Positions 1-13,973 of a stretch of DNA of 54,563 nt are shown piece by piece. The notes under the pieces are model-generated. The model was not told where the DNA came from, did no database searches, and worked only from the letters and a program-made list of their open reading frames with translations. The position numbers and the translations under genes are program-made. Position 1 is the stretch's first letter, and every line of letters starts with the position of its first letter. Source of the stretch: Octopus bimaculoides. Taxonomy: Eukaryota. The stretch spans positions 33,144,978 to 33,199,540 of the forward strand of contig NC_068998.1 in assembly GCF_001194135.2 (NCBI RefSeq), written 5' to 3'.

Positions 1-31
<31 letters not shown>

Positions 32-100
32 GTATGTGTATGTGTGTATATATATACACACACATATGCAAACACACACAGACCACACACTCATATATAT

Positions 101-390
101 ATTGGGCTTACAATCATGACGTAGTGAGTTTGATTCCCAGGCTGGGCTGTGTGTTATGTTCTTGAGTAAAACATTTTATTTTATTGTGCTCCAGTTCACT
201 CAGCTGTAGAAATGAGTTGCAACATCATTGGTGCCTCTGCCTTTCCCTTGGATAACATCAGTTGCATGGAGAGGTAAGGTTGGTATGCATGAGCAACTGC
301 TTCTCTTCCATAAGCAACCTTGCCTGGACTTGTGCCTTGGAGGTGAACTTTCTATGTGCAATGGGGAGCATTACCCTTTACCCTGTATAT
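101..390 (+). mobile_element. tRNA-derived SINE (family 2), decayed
   Basis: B-box-like gagtttgattccc near 125-137, then core ttgagtaaaacattttattt...ctccagttcactcagctgtagaaatg; a related 3' part lies on the minus strand at 19915-20150. Confidence 0.5.
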
Positions 391-393
391 ATA

Positions 394-441
394 TACTGCA
401 ATCACTACTTTATATCCTGTTGCTTATTTTTGATTTTATTC

Positions 442-442
<1 letters not shown>
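394..442 (+). mobile_element. 3' fragment of the hammerhead-bearing PLE-like terminal repeat
   Basis: tactgcaatcac...tatcctgttgcttatttttgattttattcac aligns with 14745-14791 and 13866-13915; followed by (TA)n like the other copies. Confidence 0.5.
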
Positions 443-448
<6 letters not shown>

Positions 449-532
<84 letters not shown>

Positions 533-789
533 GTATGTATATATGTATGTACATATATGTATATATCTACTCACACACATATATACAGGTAAATTGAAAA
601 TAAAAATAAAAGCAAAAACAACAAAAGTCAAAATGACATTCACATGTTATGCATATATATATGCACACGCACATATGCATGCTAACACACACATGCATAT
701 GTGCGTTTGTGTGTGTGTGTGTGTTTGTGTGTGTGAGTGTGTGTGTGCATGTGTGTGTGTGCATGTATGTGTGTGCATGTGTGTGTGCA

Positions 790-820
<31 letters not shown>

Positions 821-850
821 ATGCATGTCTGTGTGCACTTGTGTCTGCAC
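449..850. repeat. Compound (TA)n/(TATG)n/(GT)n microsatellite block
   Basis: Direct inspection; explains the YI/CV/HT repeat ORFs in the track. Confidence 0.95.
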
Positions 851-1797
851 AGCATATTATATGATCTGGAAGATAATAGTCAAAAAGCAAGAAATAAATT
901 TTAAAATAATTTCATTTGATAGAAAGCACCTTTTTATATAATTTATGAAGTAATATAATTTTTGATGACACAGGTACTCTAGTTCAGAATTAAATGATGA
1001 ATACATGCTTCTATTTGAAAATAAAATAAAACATACTATTGCAAGTAATCGTGTACATATTAGGAGATATAAATAACATGCTTTGCTAAAATAATAAATC
1101 AGCTTAGCTCTGCATATTTTCCTATTTGTACAATATTGATGCTACACTAGTTCTTTGTGGAAACCTTACAAATATGCAATATTCTTTTACAATAAATCTA
1201 GTCAGAAATGATTTGACTAACAGGTATCAGCCAATTGCTATGGCTGCTCTGTCTAAATTCTGTTTTTTACACTTAATATTGATTTATTTCTGAGCCACAA
1301 AAGAATTGTATTTTAAAGTGTTTACCATCCATGAAATCAACTAACATATACTTTTGTTAATTCCAGTAGGAAAACTGATACCATTTAAACTACACAGGAA
1401 TTGAACCTTTTCACAGTAGGCATTAAACAAAAGCTGCCAGTTATTTGCCCTAACCATCTGCTATTTACACTATGTTTTTGAAGAAATGCACTCTCCTGAA
1501 ATAGTGGTTCACCTTTGTATGACTGACATAATGGGATATCATTTGTAGTATTTTTTCTAACATGAGCCACAATGAATAACGTGTGTGTGTGTGTGTGTGT
1601 GCAAGCATATATTTCTTTGAGATTTTTAAAGGTTTTCCTTTTGCAGTCACTAACAAAATGTCAAAACTCTTTTTGTTTTAAATCAAGATAGCTCCTGGAG
1701 TTTGTGGTTGACTAAACTGGTTGCTGTACACACAAGTATAAATGTTTGAATGTGCGCGCGTGTGTGGATATGTGTGTGTGTGTGTGTGTGTGTGTGC

Positions 1798-1836
<39 letters not shown>

Positions 1837-2020
1837 NNNNNNNNNNNNNNNNNNNNNNNNNNNNNNNNNNNNNNNNNNNNNNNNNNNNNNNNNNNNNNNN
1901 NNNNNNNNNNNNNNNNNNNNNNNNNNNNNNNNNNNNNNNNNNNNNNNNNNNNNNNNNNNNNNNNNNNNNNNNNNNNNNNNNNNNNNNNNNNNNNNNNNNN
2001 NNNNNNNNNNNNNNNNNNNN
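1837..2020. other. Assembly gap (first of nine: 1837-2020, 13191-13824, 15109-15249, 16698-16809, 25099-25108, 28013-28022, 34225-34380, 38683-38827, 41170-41309)
   Basis: Runs of N, mostly bounded by (GT)n and/or (TA)n microsatellites. Confidence 0.99.
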
Positions 2021-2284
2021 TATATATATATATATATATATATATATCAATTATAAGGGCACTCAAGGCGCCTACGTGCTAGAAAGAGGAGTTAAAACCC
2101 TCATTTACACCACTCATAACACTGAAAAATATGACAGAAAATCAACAGTAGCTGGGCAAACAGGCTAAAAAATATTATTTTTTACATACCTATGTAGCCC
2201 TATACTTGGATCAGGATTTCTGGTCTGGCAAATAGTCAGCAACTATTACCAGTTGAAAAAACCTCTTCAACCCATCATGCTGAA

Positions 2285-2600
2285 GTCTGCTGACGTTCTG
2301 ACTTTTGCTTCCTGTATCTTACAATATCAGGCCTGTTATGCTTACACCAGCTTGTTGTTTTTATTGGCTTGTTCTACAAATATTGTTTTTAAATGTGTGG
2401 GTACTTTCCATTTATAGAGTGTCTTTGGTATGGTTATCTTGACAATGCTTCCTGTGTATAGCATTGTAAATAATGTCAAGTATCATGCTCTGATTGTAGA
2501 TACATTTTGATACATTTTGAGCTTAAAGTATCGCTTGGTATCTTTTGCTGTATATGTTCCACTTCTTCATGCTCTGACAGAAATGCCTATGATGACACTG
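2285..2600 (-). mobile_element. RLE-type (R4/NeSL-like) non-LTR retrotransposon fragment, C-terminal region
   Basis: Frameshifted translation KCIKMYLQSEHD / ILDIIYNAIHRKHC / KHNRPDIV matches the RHD...HNRPD motif order of restriction-like endonuclease domains. Confidence 0.55.
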
Positions 2601-3016
2601 GTGCCAAACATTTTGTGATTTGCCTTTCTTTTAATTTCATCAGTAGAATAGAGTTGACAGTCTTGGATGCACAAGTAGCTACTAAACTCATGTCTGTGTG
2701 TGTGTGTGTGCACACACACACACGCACACACACACACACGCACACACACACACACACACACAAATCATGGAGATTTGTTATAATATTGTCCACTCTGCCA
2801 TTTTATTGGTTTTCAAACGACTCATCACTCCTCTCTTTTGAGAATATATGGCTCCAGCTCCTATTCTGCATGTCTTCATTCTTCTTGTTCCAAAGTGTGC
2901 AGAATGGTAGGATCTCTCTGAAGGGAACAGCTGCATATTCCCGACTTATATTCTGGTACAATTTAGTGTACCTATCTTATGTTATTTCTCCCAAATTTCT
3001 TTTGCATTTCTTAAAA

Positions 3017-3425
3017 GGTGCAGATGTGGCTGTATGACAAGAAGCTTGCTTCCTAACCACATGGTTCCAGGTTCAGTCTCACTGCATGTCACCTATAGCC
3101 TCAGGTTGACCAAAGCCTTGTAAGTGGATTTGGTTGATAGAAACTGAAAGAAGTCTGTTGTGTATGTGTGTGTGTTCGAGTATAAGTGTATGTAAGTGTG
3201 TGTGTTTGTATTTGTATCTGTGTTTGGCTCTCCCCACTGCTTCACAACTGGTGTTGGTGTGTTTATGTCCCTCGTAACTTAGCAATTTGGCAAAAGAGAC
3301 CAATAGAATAAGTTGCAGGTTTAAAAAAAAAAAAGAAAGGGTTGATTCATTCAACTAAACAGTCTTCAAAACAGTGCCCCAGCATGACTGCTATCTAATG
3401 ACGGAAAAAAATAATAATAAACAAA
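3017..3425 (+). mobile_element. tRNA-derived SINE (family 1), near full length
   Basis: Head gtggctgtatgacaagaagcttgcttcctaaccacatggttccaggttcagtc, internal (GT)n, tail ccccagcatgactg; clearly homologous to 40996-41528 and 42890-43308. Confidence 0.9.
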
Positions 3426-6400
3426 AAAAAAATTGGTAAATTCTCCTAAACCACTTTTATTTGTCTTGGGACCTCGATGTTTACTGCCTTGTAATTTTTT
3501 TTATCTTTGTTTTTGTCCTTCTTGGATTTTAGTACACTTCTTTTGTCCAGGACAGTATTTTTCTTCCTTACATTTCCTAGATCAATCCCAGGCAGTCAAA
3601 GGCAGTATATGGTAAACAGTGAGTTGGAAAACTTGATTAACTGAGATCACTCATAAAATTAGTGGACAAAAATTATTTCTAAACTTTGATATCTTTAAAA
3701 ATCTATTAATAAAGAGAGATAACTTCATTAATATGAACTGAACTAAGGTTCTGGAAAAGAAAGATATCCATTTACTATACCCTTGAAGAGAAATAGACTT
3801 CAAGGAAATGAGTGATGGTCTGCATTGGCAAATAGTAAATAGAAATACTTGCAAAATAAGAGAAAAAGAAGTTTAATATTGAAGAGTTCTGCCGAAAATG
3901 TGAAACTTTACGTCTTCCTTATGGCTAAAATAATGCAGTCTTCAAGGGAATAAAAAGATTATAAAAGCAGTTTATATCTTTGAAAGCAATGTCTTGCTTA
4001 ATGACTATTCAATGACAGTAATCAGGAAAGAACAATGGGGGATATTGTATGCATTAGTTCATTTGCAAGAAGAACACCACTAAATACTTCATGTTATCAT
4101 GATTCTTGAAGCAAGAAAGGCTTGAAAAATCTACCTTTGTCTTTTGCAAAAAAGATTTCACCATAAACACTCATACAATATATCCATTTATTTTTTTCAT
4201 AATAGCTATGAGCCAATAAGAAATTTATTTGTAGTTGTTTGACCTGTTAGAAATAGTTGCAATATATTCCTAAATCACATCTTAGTTTCTAGAGAAAAGA
4301 ATGGTATATCAAATAATGTAGTCCTAGATATTTTGTGTTAGAAAATAATATAGGATGGTCATGGCTCGAATGTTTTTTGACTGTAAGTTTACTTGATCAA
4401 GTCTTATCTGTAGCTAAAAACAACAGCAGCAGTACCTTATATAAATATCTTAACATTAAATAACATTTAGTTGTTAAATTGTGTATCATTGTCAACAATG
4501 CATACTACAATAATTTTTATTTCAGAGTTCACTCAACTGTGTATGGTAGCAAACAGTAGCTTCTTTGATCAGCATATAGCAGTTAACTATGTTCTAGTAT
4601 CTGTTTACAGTGAGGAGGGCTGAGTAGAACTATAAAGTTTATTTTCTGAAATTCTGTATTTACAGCATGGTGGACTATATAGCGCTGGACTGTATTTCCT
4701 TATGAAACTCTGTGGCACCAAATATAGCTGGATGTATTGCCTTCCTACGATATATATTAACTGCTACATGAACTTGGTACAGACATAAACTGTTCCTCAT
4801 AATATCTATTTATTGTTAAAGGTGCTGAACCACTGAGAATTAAAGGTCTTTGTATAAAACACAAGACAGTATTGTTAATAGGACATGCACCCTTATATTA
4901 ATTCTTTTATTATATACTTGATATAATATCAGTTGAGCCAACTCTGTAACTTTCTGAATAAAACTTGCTGCACCGGAATTTAATGCAAACCTAACTTCAT
5001 TGAATACAAACTAAAGAAGAAAAATATATACTATAAGCAAGATGTTTGATGAAAAGTATGGCATAATTTAGTTATTCTTCCCTGCTACACTGATGGAGTA
5101 GAAATCTTTCTTTGAGAAAAACCTTTTGACATTATCAGAATTTATTTCTATAAGATATTTACGTCTTCATCAATATGAATTGTGCACTGCAAATATTACA
5201 TTTGTGATGGCAAAGGACTATTTCATTGAACAAAATCTAATTTGCAGTCGATGCTTTTAGTATATAACCAGTGGGTTGTCCATTGCCAGTTATCAACTCA
5301 CAATAGGAAACCTTCAATGAATACTAACTTTGCTTTAGTGATATATTACCAGAGGAGGTGTTAGCCATGCTATGACATGGTCAACAAGGTCATTTGTATT
5401 GCTTTATCATGTAAGAAAGAATCAATACAAAATGACCTTTTGGATGAATGACATGAAAGTAAGTAAAAAGTAAATAACAATAAAATAAAAAAAACAAAAC
5501 AAATATGAGATAAATCTCCACCACCACTCCCTATCATCACCACTCAAGAAAAAATGAAAAGAAAGGCATTAAAATGGATGAATAGCAAATGCATAATTTT
5601 ATCTTCTGTTTCATACATATGTTGATGTTATTATTGTTGCCAACACATGAAGAGAATTCTTGGGGATAGATTTTCTCAGTGGGTAAATATTTCATAGTTA
5701 TACTGTATTTTACTGTATTTCTGATTCTTTTCTGTCATAATTGATCTATATACATGTGAATATACTACATTACATCCTACATACACATGTAAGAAGTAAT
5801 GTAGTAGTGTTTAAATGCATACCATGGTGCATTATCTGTTTAAATTTGTGTATGTGTGTATGCAGATGTGAATAAAAATTTAAATCATACACATGCAAAG
5901 ACATACATACAAACTCACATTTTTAAAAACCAAATATACATACAAGCATCCATAAACAGATATTGTGTCTTTAACAACATGTAACTAATCAGACAATGTG
6001 ATCACATGCTTTGTTGGTTGAGAGTTTCTCTACGGAAATGTAATTACAGTAATACAAAGGTTTGCTCACCATTTAACATCCAAGTTCTATGCTGGCATGG
6101 GCTGGATGGTTTAGCAGGATCCATGCTTCAGTGTCTGCATTGACATGGCTGGAGAACGAGTCAGTCCTCAGACCCATAATTCTAAGATTTAAATACTTGT
6201 ATGTCTGAGTATGTATATGTACTTATGATTGCGGGTGCATTCATGCATTACACTACACACACATACGCACGCATGTTTATGGGAATAGCAGTAATGAACT
6301 TTTAGCAAGAACCTGGTTGAGATTCTACCATAGTTCTCAGATCTTCTCAATCTAGACTCATGACCATAAAAGGAAAAGAATCACCATAAAAGATATTAAC

Positions 6401-6539
6401 ACTGATGTGAATTTGTTTTGACCAATCAGTACTGGCTGACTATTTATGGCTAAGGTGGCAATTTCAAGAAAACATGCAAATTTTCCTGCTAAACAAATTC
6501 TGGAACCTTCTGTTATTTAAAGGTGACAAAATTCAACTT

Positions 6540-6870
6540 AGAGCAGAGTTATTCCAGTTTTATATGTTTTCCCCAATATAATAATTTAAATCCTCTCATG
6601 CATCTTCTAATCAGAGTTACTTCAGGAATCATATGGGTCAGTCATCTTTCAATTCATCTATCTTTCTTTCCTATTTACAGGCCTCAACTAGTAGTGTCAT
6701 ATGCAATGATTCATATGTCCTGTATCACTTACATGATATTAATTTTAGCAGCTGTATGTATCGTTCAAAGTTCTCAATGTCTGTAATATCTTCACTGTTT
6801 ATAAAATATAATGGTGTCCACTTAGATTGCTATAAATGAAGTGTTCTTTATATTTGATGAACGACAATTG
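6540..6870 (-). mobile_element. Possible CR1-type LINE 3' RT fragment, very decayed
   Basis: Minus translation WTPLY...DITDIENFERYIQLLKLISCK*YRTYESLHMTLL and later NWNNS resemble the CR1 tail (WSP..KDI..LERVQRRATKL..LSYEERL...WN.LP). Confidence 0.35.
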
Positions 6871-7384
6871 TAAATTTTGCTCCACTGTGTGTTAGAAGTT
6901 GATGAACTAATGAGAACCAATGAAAATTATTCTGTAATAGACACTTAATTGATTGCTACATGTCATCTTGGTGCAGACACTGCTGTGTGATTAAGAGGTT
7001 TACTTCATGATTACCTTGGCTCAGTATATTTCTTAAGAGAATTATACTACATATCACAGCAAGAAAGACATTCATTGGATTCCATTTCTTGCTTTCAAGG
7101 GAGTTACAATTTTGCCTGAGGGATTTATCAAATACACATTTTCTCTTCAATTCTGTTCTGTATCCATTGTCTGCATTAGGAAGGATGCCTGCCAAAATTA
7201 TGTTATCTTAAGTGTATTCACACAACATATGCATGAATATGTTGATTATAAAGATATATTGCAGCTTAGTCTCAAAATGTGGAGGATATTGAAGAATGAC
7301 ACTTCATTATGATGAACCAAATTACAATAATATCTAAGACATCCAAACACACAAACAGTGAGTGTATGTGTGTGAAAGTGAGAG

Positions 7385-7550
7385 ACTAACTGTGTGGTTT
7401 AGAAGTTTGCTTCCCAGCCATGTGGTTTGGGATTTAATCCCACTGCAATGCACTTTGGGCAAGTATCTTCTACTACAAAAAAATAAAAAGTACTGGGGTC
7501 TTTTGATTTGACAAAAAATCCTTCTAATGACTGAAACAAATGAAAGAAAA
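7385..7550 (+). mobile_element. SINE family 1, internally deleted
   Basis: tgtgtggtttagaagtttgcttcccagccatgtggtttgggatttaatcccactgcaatgcactttgggcaagtatcttct head joined to tail ...taatgactgaaacaaa. Confidence 0.75.
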
Positions 7551-7589
7551 AAAAACAACTAAAAAAAGAGCAATTATAAAAGATATAGC

Positions 7590-8110
7590 TTCAAGCTCAC
7601 CAAATTCCTTAAAATCATTAGCTGTAAATTCTGTGTTGTGCCTTGGAATACCAACAGGTGAGTGAAAATCATCCTACAGATAAATGCTTTGGAGAGGAAA
7701 GGCAGGAGATGTTTATTTTAGCAACTGCAAGTGACCACTTGGGTTGAAAGTTGTGTAGGTATTGTATGCGATGTTTGACATAATATTGTCTGACAAGAAT
7801 AGTTGATCTTAACATCATGTGCAGGAAAAAATTATATTATGGTATGTTTGAAATGTATTGCCCGATGAGTGATAGGAAATCCCTAGCCATATTTGTAGAA
7901 ACGTCTAGTTTGAAAGGCAGATTAAACATGGTTATTCTTTTGTATTCTAACTTTAGTTTAGGTTAAGGTGATCTTCCATATATACTAATTTCTTGTTGAA
8001 GTCACTTCTTGTTTAATTCCTCGTTGTAGTGGAGTGTGACTCAGGGGTATTTTACCTAGGGACAGATTAGTGATTCTTCTATTGATGCCAGCCACTAAAT
8101 TCATAATTAT
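7590..8110 (-). mobile_element. Penelope-like element fragment: RT-to-GIY-YIG linker and endonuclease start
   Basis: Minus translation RITMFNLPFKLDVSTNMARDFLSLIGQY / HDVKINYSC / TCSC*NK / TANDFKE follows the PLE pattern IWFNPPF..V.TNIG..FL.LI...VK.SYSC...CNC...TFK.R. Confidence 0.6.
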
Positions 8111-8234
8111 TACAAGTTGATAGAATTCCAAGAGATATGTTAGGAATAGAGTATTCTCACTAACAGCTTACAGGAAAAGGTTTTTCCTATCCTAATGTTA
8201 TGTGTAATTTTCAAGAGGCTAATACATAAATGTC

Positions 8235-8420
8235 ATCATCATCATCAGCAGCATTATCTTCATTTTATGTTTTGTTTTACATGATAGCATGGATTGGATG
8301 GGCCAATAGGCTCTGAGGGATCAAATCATCCACATCTGGCATGATTTCAATTGCTGGATAACCTTCCTGGCACCAACCACTTCACTGAGTGTCTCGGATG
8401 CATTTTTGTGGTTCCGACCT
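8235..8420 (-). mobile_element. Retroposon 3' tail ending in (ATG)n; related copies at 6065-6150(-), 12590-12690(+), 32385-32560(-), 39640-39765(+), 47700-47855(+)
   Basis: Shared motif gggcatccagcc...aaaac...ccaacccatgc.agcat...aaacg/gatgttaaatgatgatgatg across copies. Confidence 0.65.
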
Positions 8421-8559
8421 TATAGAAGTTGGCAGGACTAAAGAACCCACTTAAGCTGTGCACTATAGCTGTTCAATTCGATTTACCAACAATTTACATA
8501 GTGTCCTGGGTTCTTTTTTCATGACACTTGGAGGAGTCACTTGCAAGGTAAAAACAGAC

Positions 8560-9330
8560 AGAAAGAGTAGAAATTAAAGTTTGATGGAAGAAACAGATTT
8601 ATTGGTGTGAGAGAATGGTTATGAAGCAAGTAACAGAATGAATAATGTTGGTAGCATAAAGAAGAAGAATGAAAAGGAAGGGGTAAAGTAATATCAGAGA
8701 TTAGTGTGAAAGGGAGGGTGTTTTCAGTAAGGAGCACGTCCTCCTTTATAGAGTGATTTGAGTGGTGCCCAGTGATAGGGGGAGTCGAATTTATGGTGTA
8801 GAAAAGCTCTCCCACATTATATTTCATCATCATCATTTTACCTTGTTTTCCATGGTCTGGATGGTCTGTAAAGATCCAAATCAGTTCTCATTGGAGTTAC
8901 ACAAGTTTATTGTTGAAAAGAGGAGGGGGACTTACAGGGATAGTGTGAAGGAAGGAGGGAAAGGTAAACTAGTGTCGGAGAATCAGAAACTAATGTGGTG
9001 GGTTGCATAGAAGGAATATCAGTGCTGCACCATGGTAAATAGGGATTGGTTGAATTATGCATACGGGAGAGATGAGATGATGAGGATGATGAAGAGGAGA
9101 GTTATAGTCTCAAGGTAACATGTCTAAGATGTGACAAAAGAATTGACAAAGCTGGGTAGAAGTTTCCCAAGTTCAATCTCAAGTATCATGATTTGAATGC
9201 TTGAGTGCACTTCCTTCATCAGATGTAATAATTTGAGATAATCTTTTATCACTTCCTGCTAAATCTTCCTTGATCTCCTTATTCCACAAATATAATTCAC
9301 TTTGAGCTCTTAGCATTTGATTGTGATACT
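8560..9330 (-). mobile_element. Possible second PLE remnant (RT and GIY-YIG), very decayed
   Basis: Weak motif traces in PLE order: GNFYP, FSDTSLPF, YNVGE, PITGHHSNHSIKE. No intact frame. Confidence 0.3.
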
Positions 9331-9450
9331 CTAAATTTTCTTCTGCATCATGTGCTTACAATATCACAGTCGGTTCTGTTTCTCTTATACCCACTTTGTC
9401 TCACTTTATTTATACTTTTTTGCTCAAGTACACTAGCATGGTATGGGCAT

Positions 9451-9494
<44 letters not shown>

Positions 9495-10282
9495 GTATGT
9501 ATGCACATACATATGTACACACATGCATACAAAATTGTTAGAATATCACATATACGCTTCTCTGAACAGCATGCTATAATAGTCCTAATAGTTCACACCA
9601 ACCATTTCCATCATCTCCTTCAAAGATATATTCCACATAAATTTCATTAAACTCTTTTGCTCCACATGTTAATTCTTGAAGGAAAATACACACAGTATTT
9701 CCATTTTTTTTTTTGTGATTTGTCTTTTCTTCTTTTACTTTTTTTTTTTCCTCTAATCAAAACTTTACATAAACATTAACACTAAAAACAATATGAAGTG
9801 ACCAGCCCATAGTTTCTATCATATTTTTTTTTTCGAAAACAACTCTTTGAATTATGGCTTCCTCATTTTGTTGACCAAGATTAACTCATGCTAGACATCT
9901 ATGTACAAACAAACAATGAAATAAGTTCATTATATCATTATAAACACACACATGCACACTCTCTCTGACATACACACACACATGCATATCAGCACCATAA
10001 ATTTGCTTCCATTTTAGATTTGATTGTTCAAGCAGTTTTAACTCTCTAATTCTCGTCTTTATTACCCACCATACTTAGGACACATTTAGCAGCCTGCATG
10101 ACAAGGTTACTCCTATTTTTCATCCCTATATGCCAAAGTTTTATCTTTATCATTATAGTCTCAATTAGGAACTCACATAGTAAAACAGATTTCTTAAAAT
10201 ATCGATAGAATATGTATAATTAGCTCTTCATCACATGTAGTTTTCATAACTGTTTTAAATAATGTTTAATATGAATCCATAT

Positions 10283-10626
10283 CTTTTACTTGTTTCAATA
10301 ATTGAAGTGAGACCATGCTGGAGCATCACCTTGGAGGAATCAACCACAATACCTATTTTCTTTTAGCCTGATACTTATTTGATCTGTCTGTTTTACTTAT
10401 ATGGGTATGTAAACAAACCAACACTGGCTGTCAAGCAGGGTGTGGTGGAGATAAACACAAAGACGTATTCACATACAAACATATACATAGATATATGACA
10501 AACTTCTTTCAGTTTCCATCTGCAAATCCACCCGCAAGGCATTTTCTGACCTGCCCCACAGTGAGACTGAACCCAGAACCATGTGGCAGGAAAATGAACA
10601 TTTTAACATGCAGTCACCTTTGCACC
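10283..10626 (-). mobile_element. SINE family 1
   Basis: Reverse complement of the family 1 head (gtgagactgaacccagaaccatgtgg) and tail (cttttacttgtttca...gaccatgctggagca). Confidence 0.85.
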
Positions 10627-11369
10627 TATATACATAAAATAATATTGTTTTTTGGAATGGGTGATCTTGAAGACAATGTTAACATGTATGTATGTATGTA
10701 TGTATGTATGTACATACGTATGTATGTATGTATGTATGTATGTATGTTTGTACGTACGTACGTACGTACGTATGTATGTATGCATGCATGCATGTATATG
10801 TGTAATAATAAGTGAAGAATGGAGTTTATGGTATTACATTTATTCCATGGTTTACAATTGTTTCAACAATTTGCAGATGATGAATCATGCATCATGTCTA
10901 TTGGCATGAATAGAAACAATGATTTAGTCATATATAGTATATATTACATAATATATATTACATAATATATATTACATAATAGCATCAGAATTTATTTACT
11001 TCAGAGCTGATTAGATAAAAATAATACACAAAACACTTTGGTCTCCACATACAGAAGAAAAATGAAAAATTGTGCATTTAATTAATGTAAATGGTGCCAA
11101 AACTTAGAATGTCAGCAAGGAGGTAGCCAGTTGCTTGTATTTATTGATATTATAATTAGTGGGGAATCACTTTATTCACAACATAAGTCTGCCTATTTAA
11201 AGTGCTGGCACAGAGATAAACCTAATCTGTAGAAACTTTGTACAATCAAAATAGCATCAAGTTACATTTTTGGTCGCTGTTAAAATTTGTTACATCTAAA
11301 TGGCAGACATATTGACTATAGGTTGGAAGTTGCAAGATTTATTGCTTCAACATATATGTATGTATATAT

Positions 11370-11400
<31 letters not shown>

Positions 11401-11879
11401 TGTATGTATACATTCACCCCCCCCCCTCACACATATACATACTCATACAGATAGACAGAGTAAGTCACATAAACTCATATAAGCTATACAATAATAAATA
11501 CATACGCACACATCAAATATAATACATACATAATATATACATATGCATATATATATATATATATATTTGTGTGTGTGCAGGCACAAACATATACACATAT
11601 ATATACACACATATAAAATATGTATACACATGCATATAAATATACACTCATGAATACTAACATCTTTTGATATGTGTCTGCAATGACACAAACACACATA
11701 GATATTTGTGTCTTCATGCACATGATAAATCCCATAAATGCATGCACACATTTATAAACACATTTATAAGCTCAAAAACTTTTTTCATTTGTTAGTTTAA
11801 TATTCTTAGGTTGAACATTTGTGGTGCATCTGAGCACTGTATACAATGAGTTAATTATTATTTGTTGATGTCTGGTGAC

Positions 11880-12110
11880 ACAGAACCATCAGAAATTCCA
11901 AGGCAGCAGTCTTTCAAGTTATGTAGCCTCAGGAACCAGGTTGCATAATAGGAGAACCATATTTCTGAACATTTTCCCTGGAGTTTATAGATGCATCCTG
12001 TAAGTAGTCTATAATGGTTGTTTATTAAATCCAATGTACAATCCAGGATCCGCTTTGCTTCTGCCAAGCATAAGTTGCGCCTCTTTCCACCACCATCGTT
12101 TTGTATCACT
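11880..12110 (-). mobile_element. Possible GIY-YIG (PLE) remnant
   Basis: Minus translation PGLYIGFNKQPL*TTYRMH followed by HNLKD resembles LYIGET...L..RF..H...HSL.D. Confidence 0.3.
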
Positions 12111-12306
12111 GACTGGGAAACTGAATAATTAATAGTCTTGTCATTCAATTGCTATGCTGTTGCAGCTTAGAAAGTCTTATGTTCTTTTGTACTATCCCTA
12201 CAGGAATTAATATGATTCTTTCACCTTGACTTAAACTTATCCACCGTTGCACCAAACATGGAAAATGGATGTAAAACGATGATGGTGATAATGATATAAA
12301 TACGTA

Positions 12307-12374
<68 letters not shown>

Positions 12375-12885
12375 GCTTGTATATGTATGTGTGGTGGTAT
12401 GTGTAATTGTGTGTGGTATGCATCTGTGAATATGTATAAATGTTGGTTGATATGTCTTGTTTACTACCATTTGAGGAAAGATATGTGATGTTAATTAACA
12501 CATTGACACTTCTTATTGTCATAAAGTGTGTTTTCTCTACATTTTCAAAGATTTATGAAATAAAAATCCTATACTTGAAAATAGGCATCAGTCAGTGACT
12601 AGAAGAGCATCCAGCCTAAATCCCGCTTTAAGTAGCTACCCATCCACACCTTGTTAGTATGGCCAAGCAGACATTGAACAACCAAATGAATATGTATATG
12701 TTTTTGCATCTGTATTTATGTGTGCAAATCTATCTAGCTGTTTGTCTGTCTTTCCACCCACCTATCCATACATACATACATACATACATGCATGCATGAT
12801 ACATACTTACATACATATACATGTATATACACACTTATACATTCCTACATGCATATATACAAACACGTGTAAGAATGAATATATG

Positions 12886-12932
<47 letters not shown>

Positions 12933-12936
<4 letters not shown>

Positions 12937-13973
12937 CAAAAAATAAGCAACACGGATTTCAAAGGTGATTGCAGTACGCACGTTTCATGCTACTCCAATT
13001 TATTTAAGTAATGCGAGCATTACATTAAATGCAATATGAAGAGTTATTTCCTAACATCCTTTCTTTTTTCAGTCCCTTAAACCTTAGTAAACACATTATT
13101 ATAAACTAATATAAATCCGATAATAATTTTTATTTTTTATTCACATTATATAAATAAAGCTTACCTATGTGTCTCCTAAATAGTATCATTNNNNNNNNNN
13201 NNNNNNNNNNNNNNNNNNNNNNNNNNNNNNNNNNNNNNNNNNNNNNNNNNNNNNNNNNNNNNNNNNNNNNNNNNNNNNNNNNNNNNNNNNNNNNNNNNNN
13301 NNNNNNNNNNNNNNNNNNNNNNNNNNNNNNNNNNNNNNNNNNNNNNNNNNNNNNNNNNNNNNNNNNNNNNNNNNNNNNNNNNNNNNNNNNNNNNNNNNNN
13401 NNNNNNNNNNNNNNNNNNNNNNNNNNNNNNNNNNNNNNNNNNNNNNNNNNNNNNNNNNNNNNNNNNNNNNNNNNNNNNNNNNNNNNNNNNNNNNNNNNNN
13501 NNNNNNNNNNNNNNNNNNNNNNNNNNNNNNNNNNNNNNNNNNNNNNNNNNNNNNNNNNNNNNNNNNNNNNNNNNNNNNNNNNNNNNNNNNNNNNNNNNNN
13601 NNNNNNNNNNNNNNNNNNNNNNNNNNNNNNNNNNNNNNNNNNNNNNNNNNNNNNNNNNNNNNNNNNNNNNNNNNNNNNNNNNNNNNNNNNNNNNNNNNNN
13701 NNNNNNNNNNNNNNNNNNNNNNNNNNNNNNNNNNNNNNNNNNNNNNNNNNNNNNNNNNNNNNNNNNNNNNNNNNNNNNNNNNNNNNNNNNNNNNNNNNNN
13801 NNNNNNNNNNNNNNNNNNNNNNNNCTCGCATTACTTAAATAAATTGGAGTAGCATGAAACGTGCGTACTGCAATCACCTTTGAAATCTGTGTTGCTTATT
13901 TTTTGATTTTTTCATCACCTATCCTTTTGGAATACGATATTCGGGTGCCTACGCATAAGTACCATATTCAACC

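Noticed and set aside
228-2168. Numerous ORFs rich in YI, CV, HT repeats or X (here and throughout the window)
   Set aside because: Translations of (TA)n, (GT)n, (CA)n microsatellites and N gaps; not genes.
6681-6753. Apparent plus-strand exon with a strong acceptor and a hydrophobic frame (LVVSYAMIHMSCITYMILILAA)
   Set aside because: The opposite strand resembles a CR1 RT C-terminus, so the exon-like look is probably an antisense artefact.
7580-7662. CAG|GTGAGT donor with an open frame (SLAVNSVLCLGIPT)
   Set aside because: No proper acceptor, and it lies antisense within a PLE GIY-YIG remnant.
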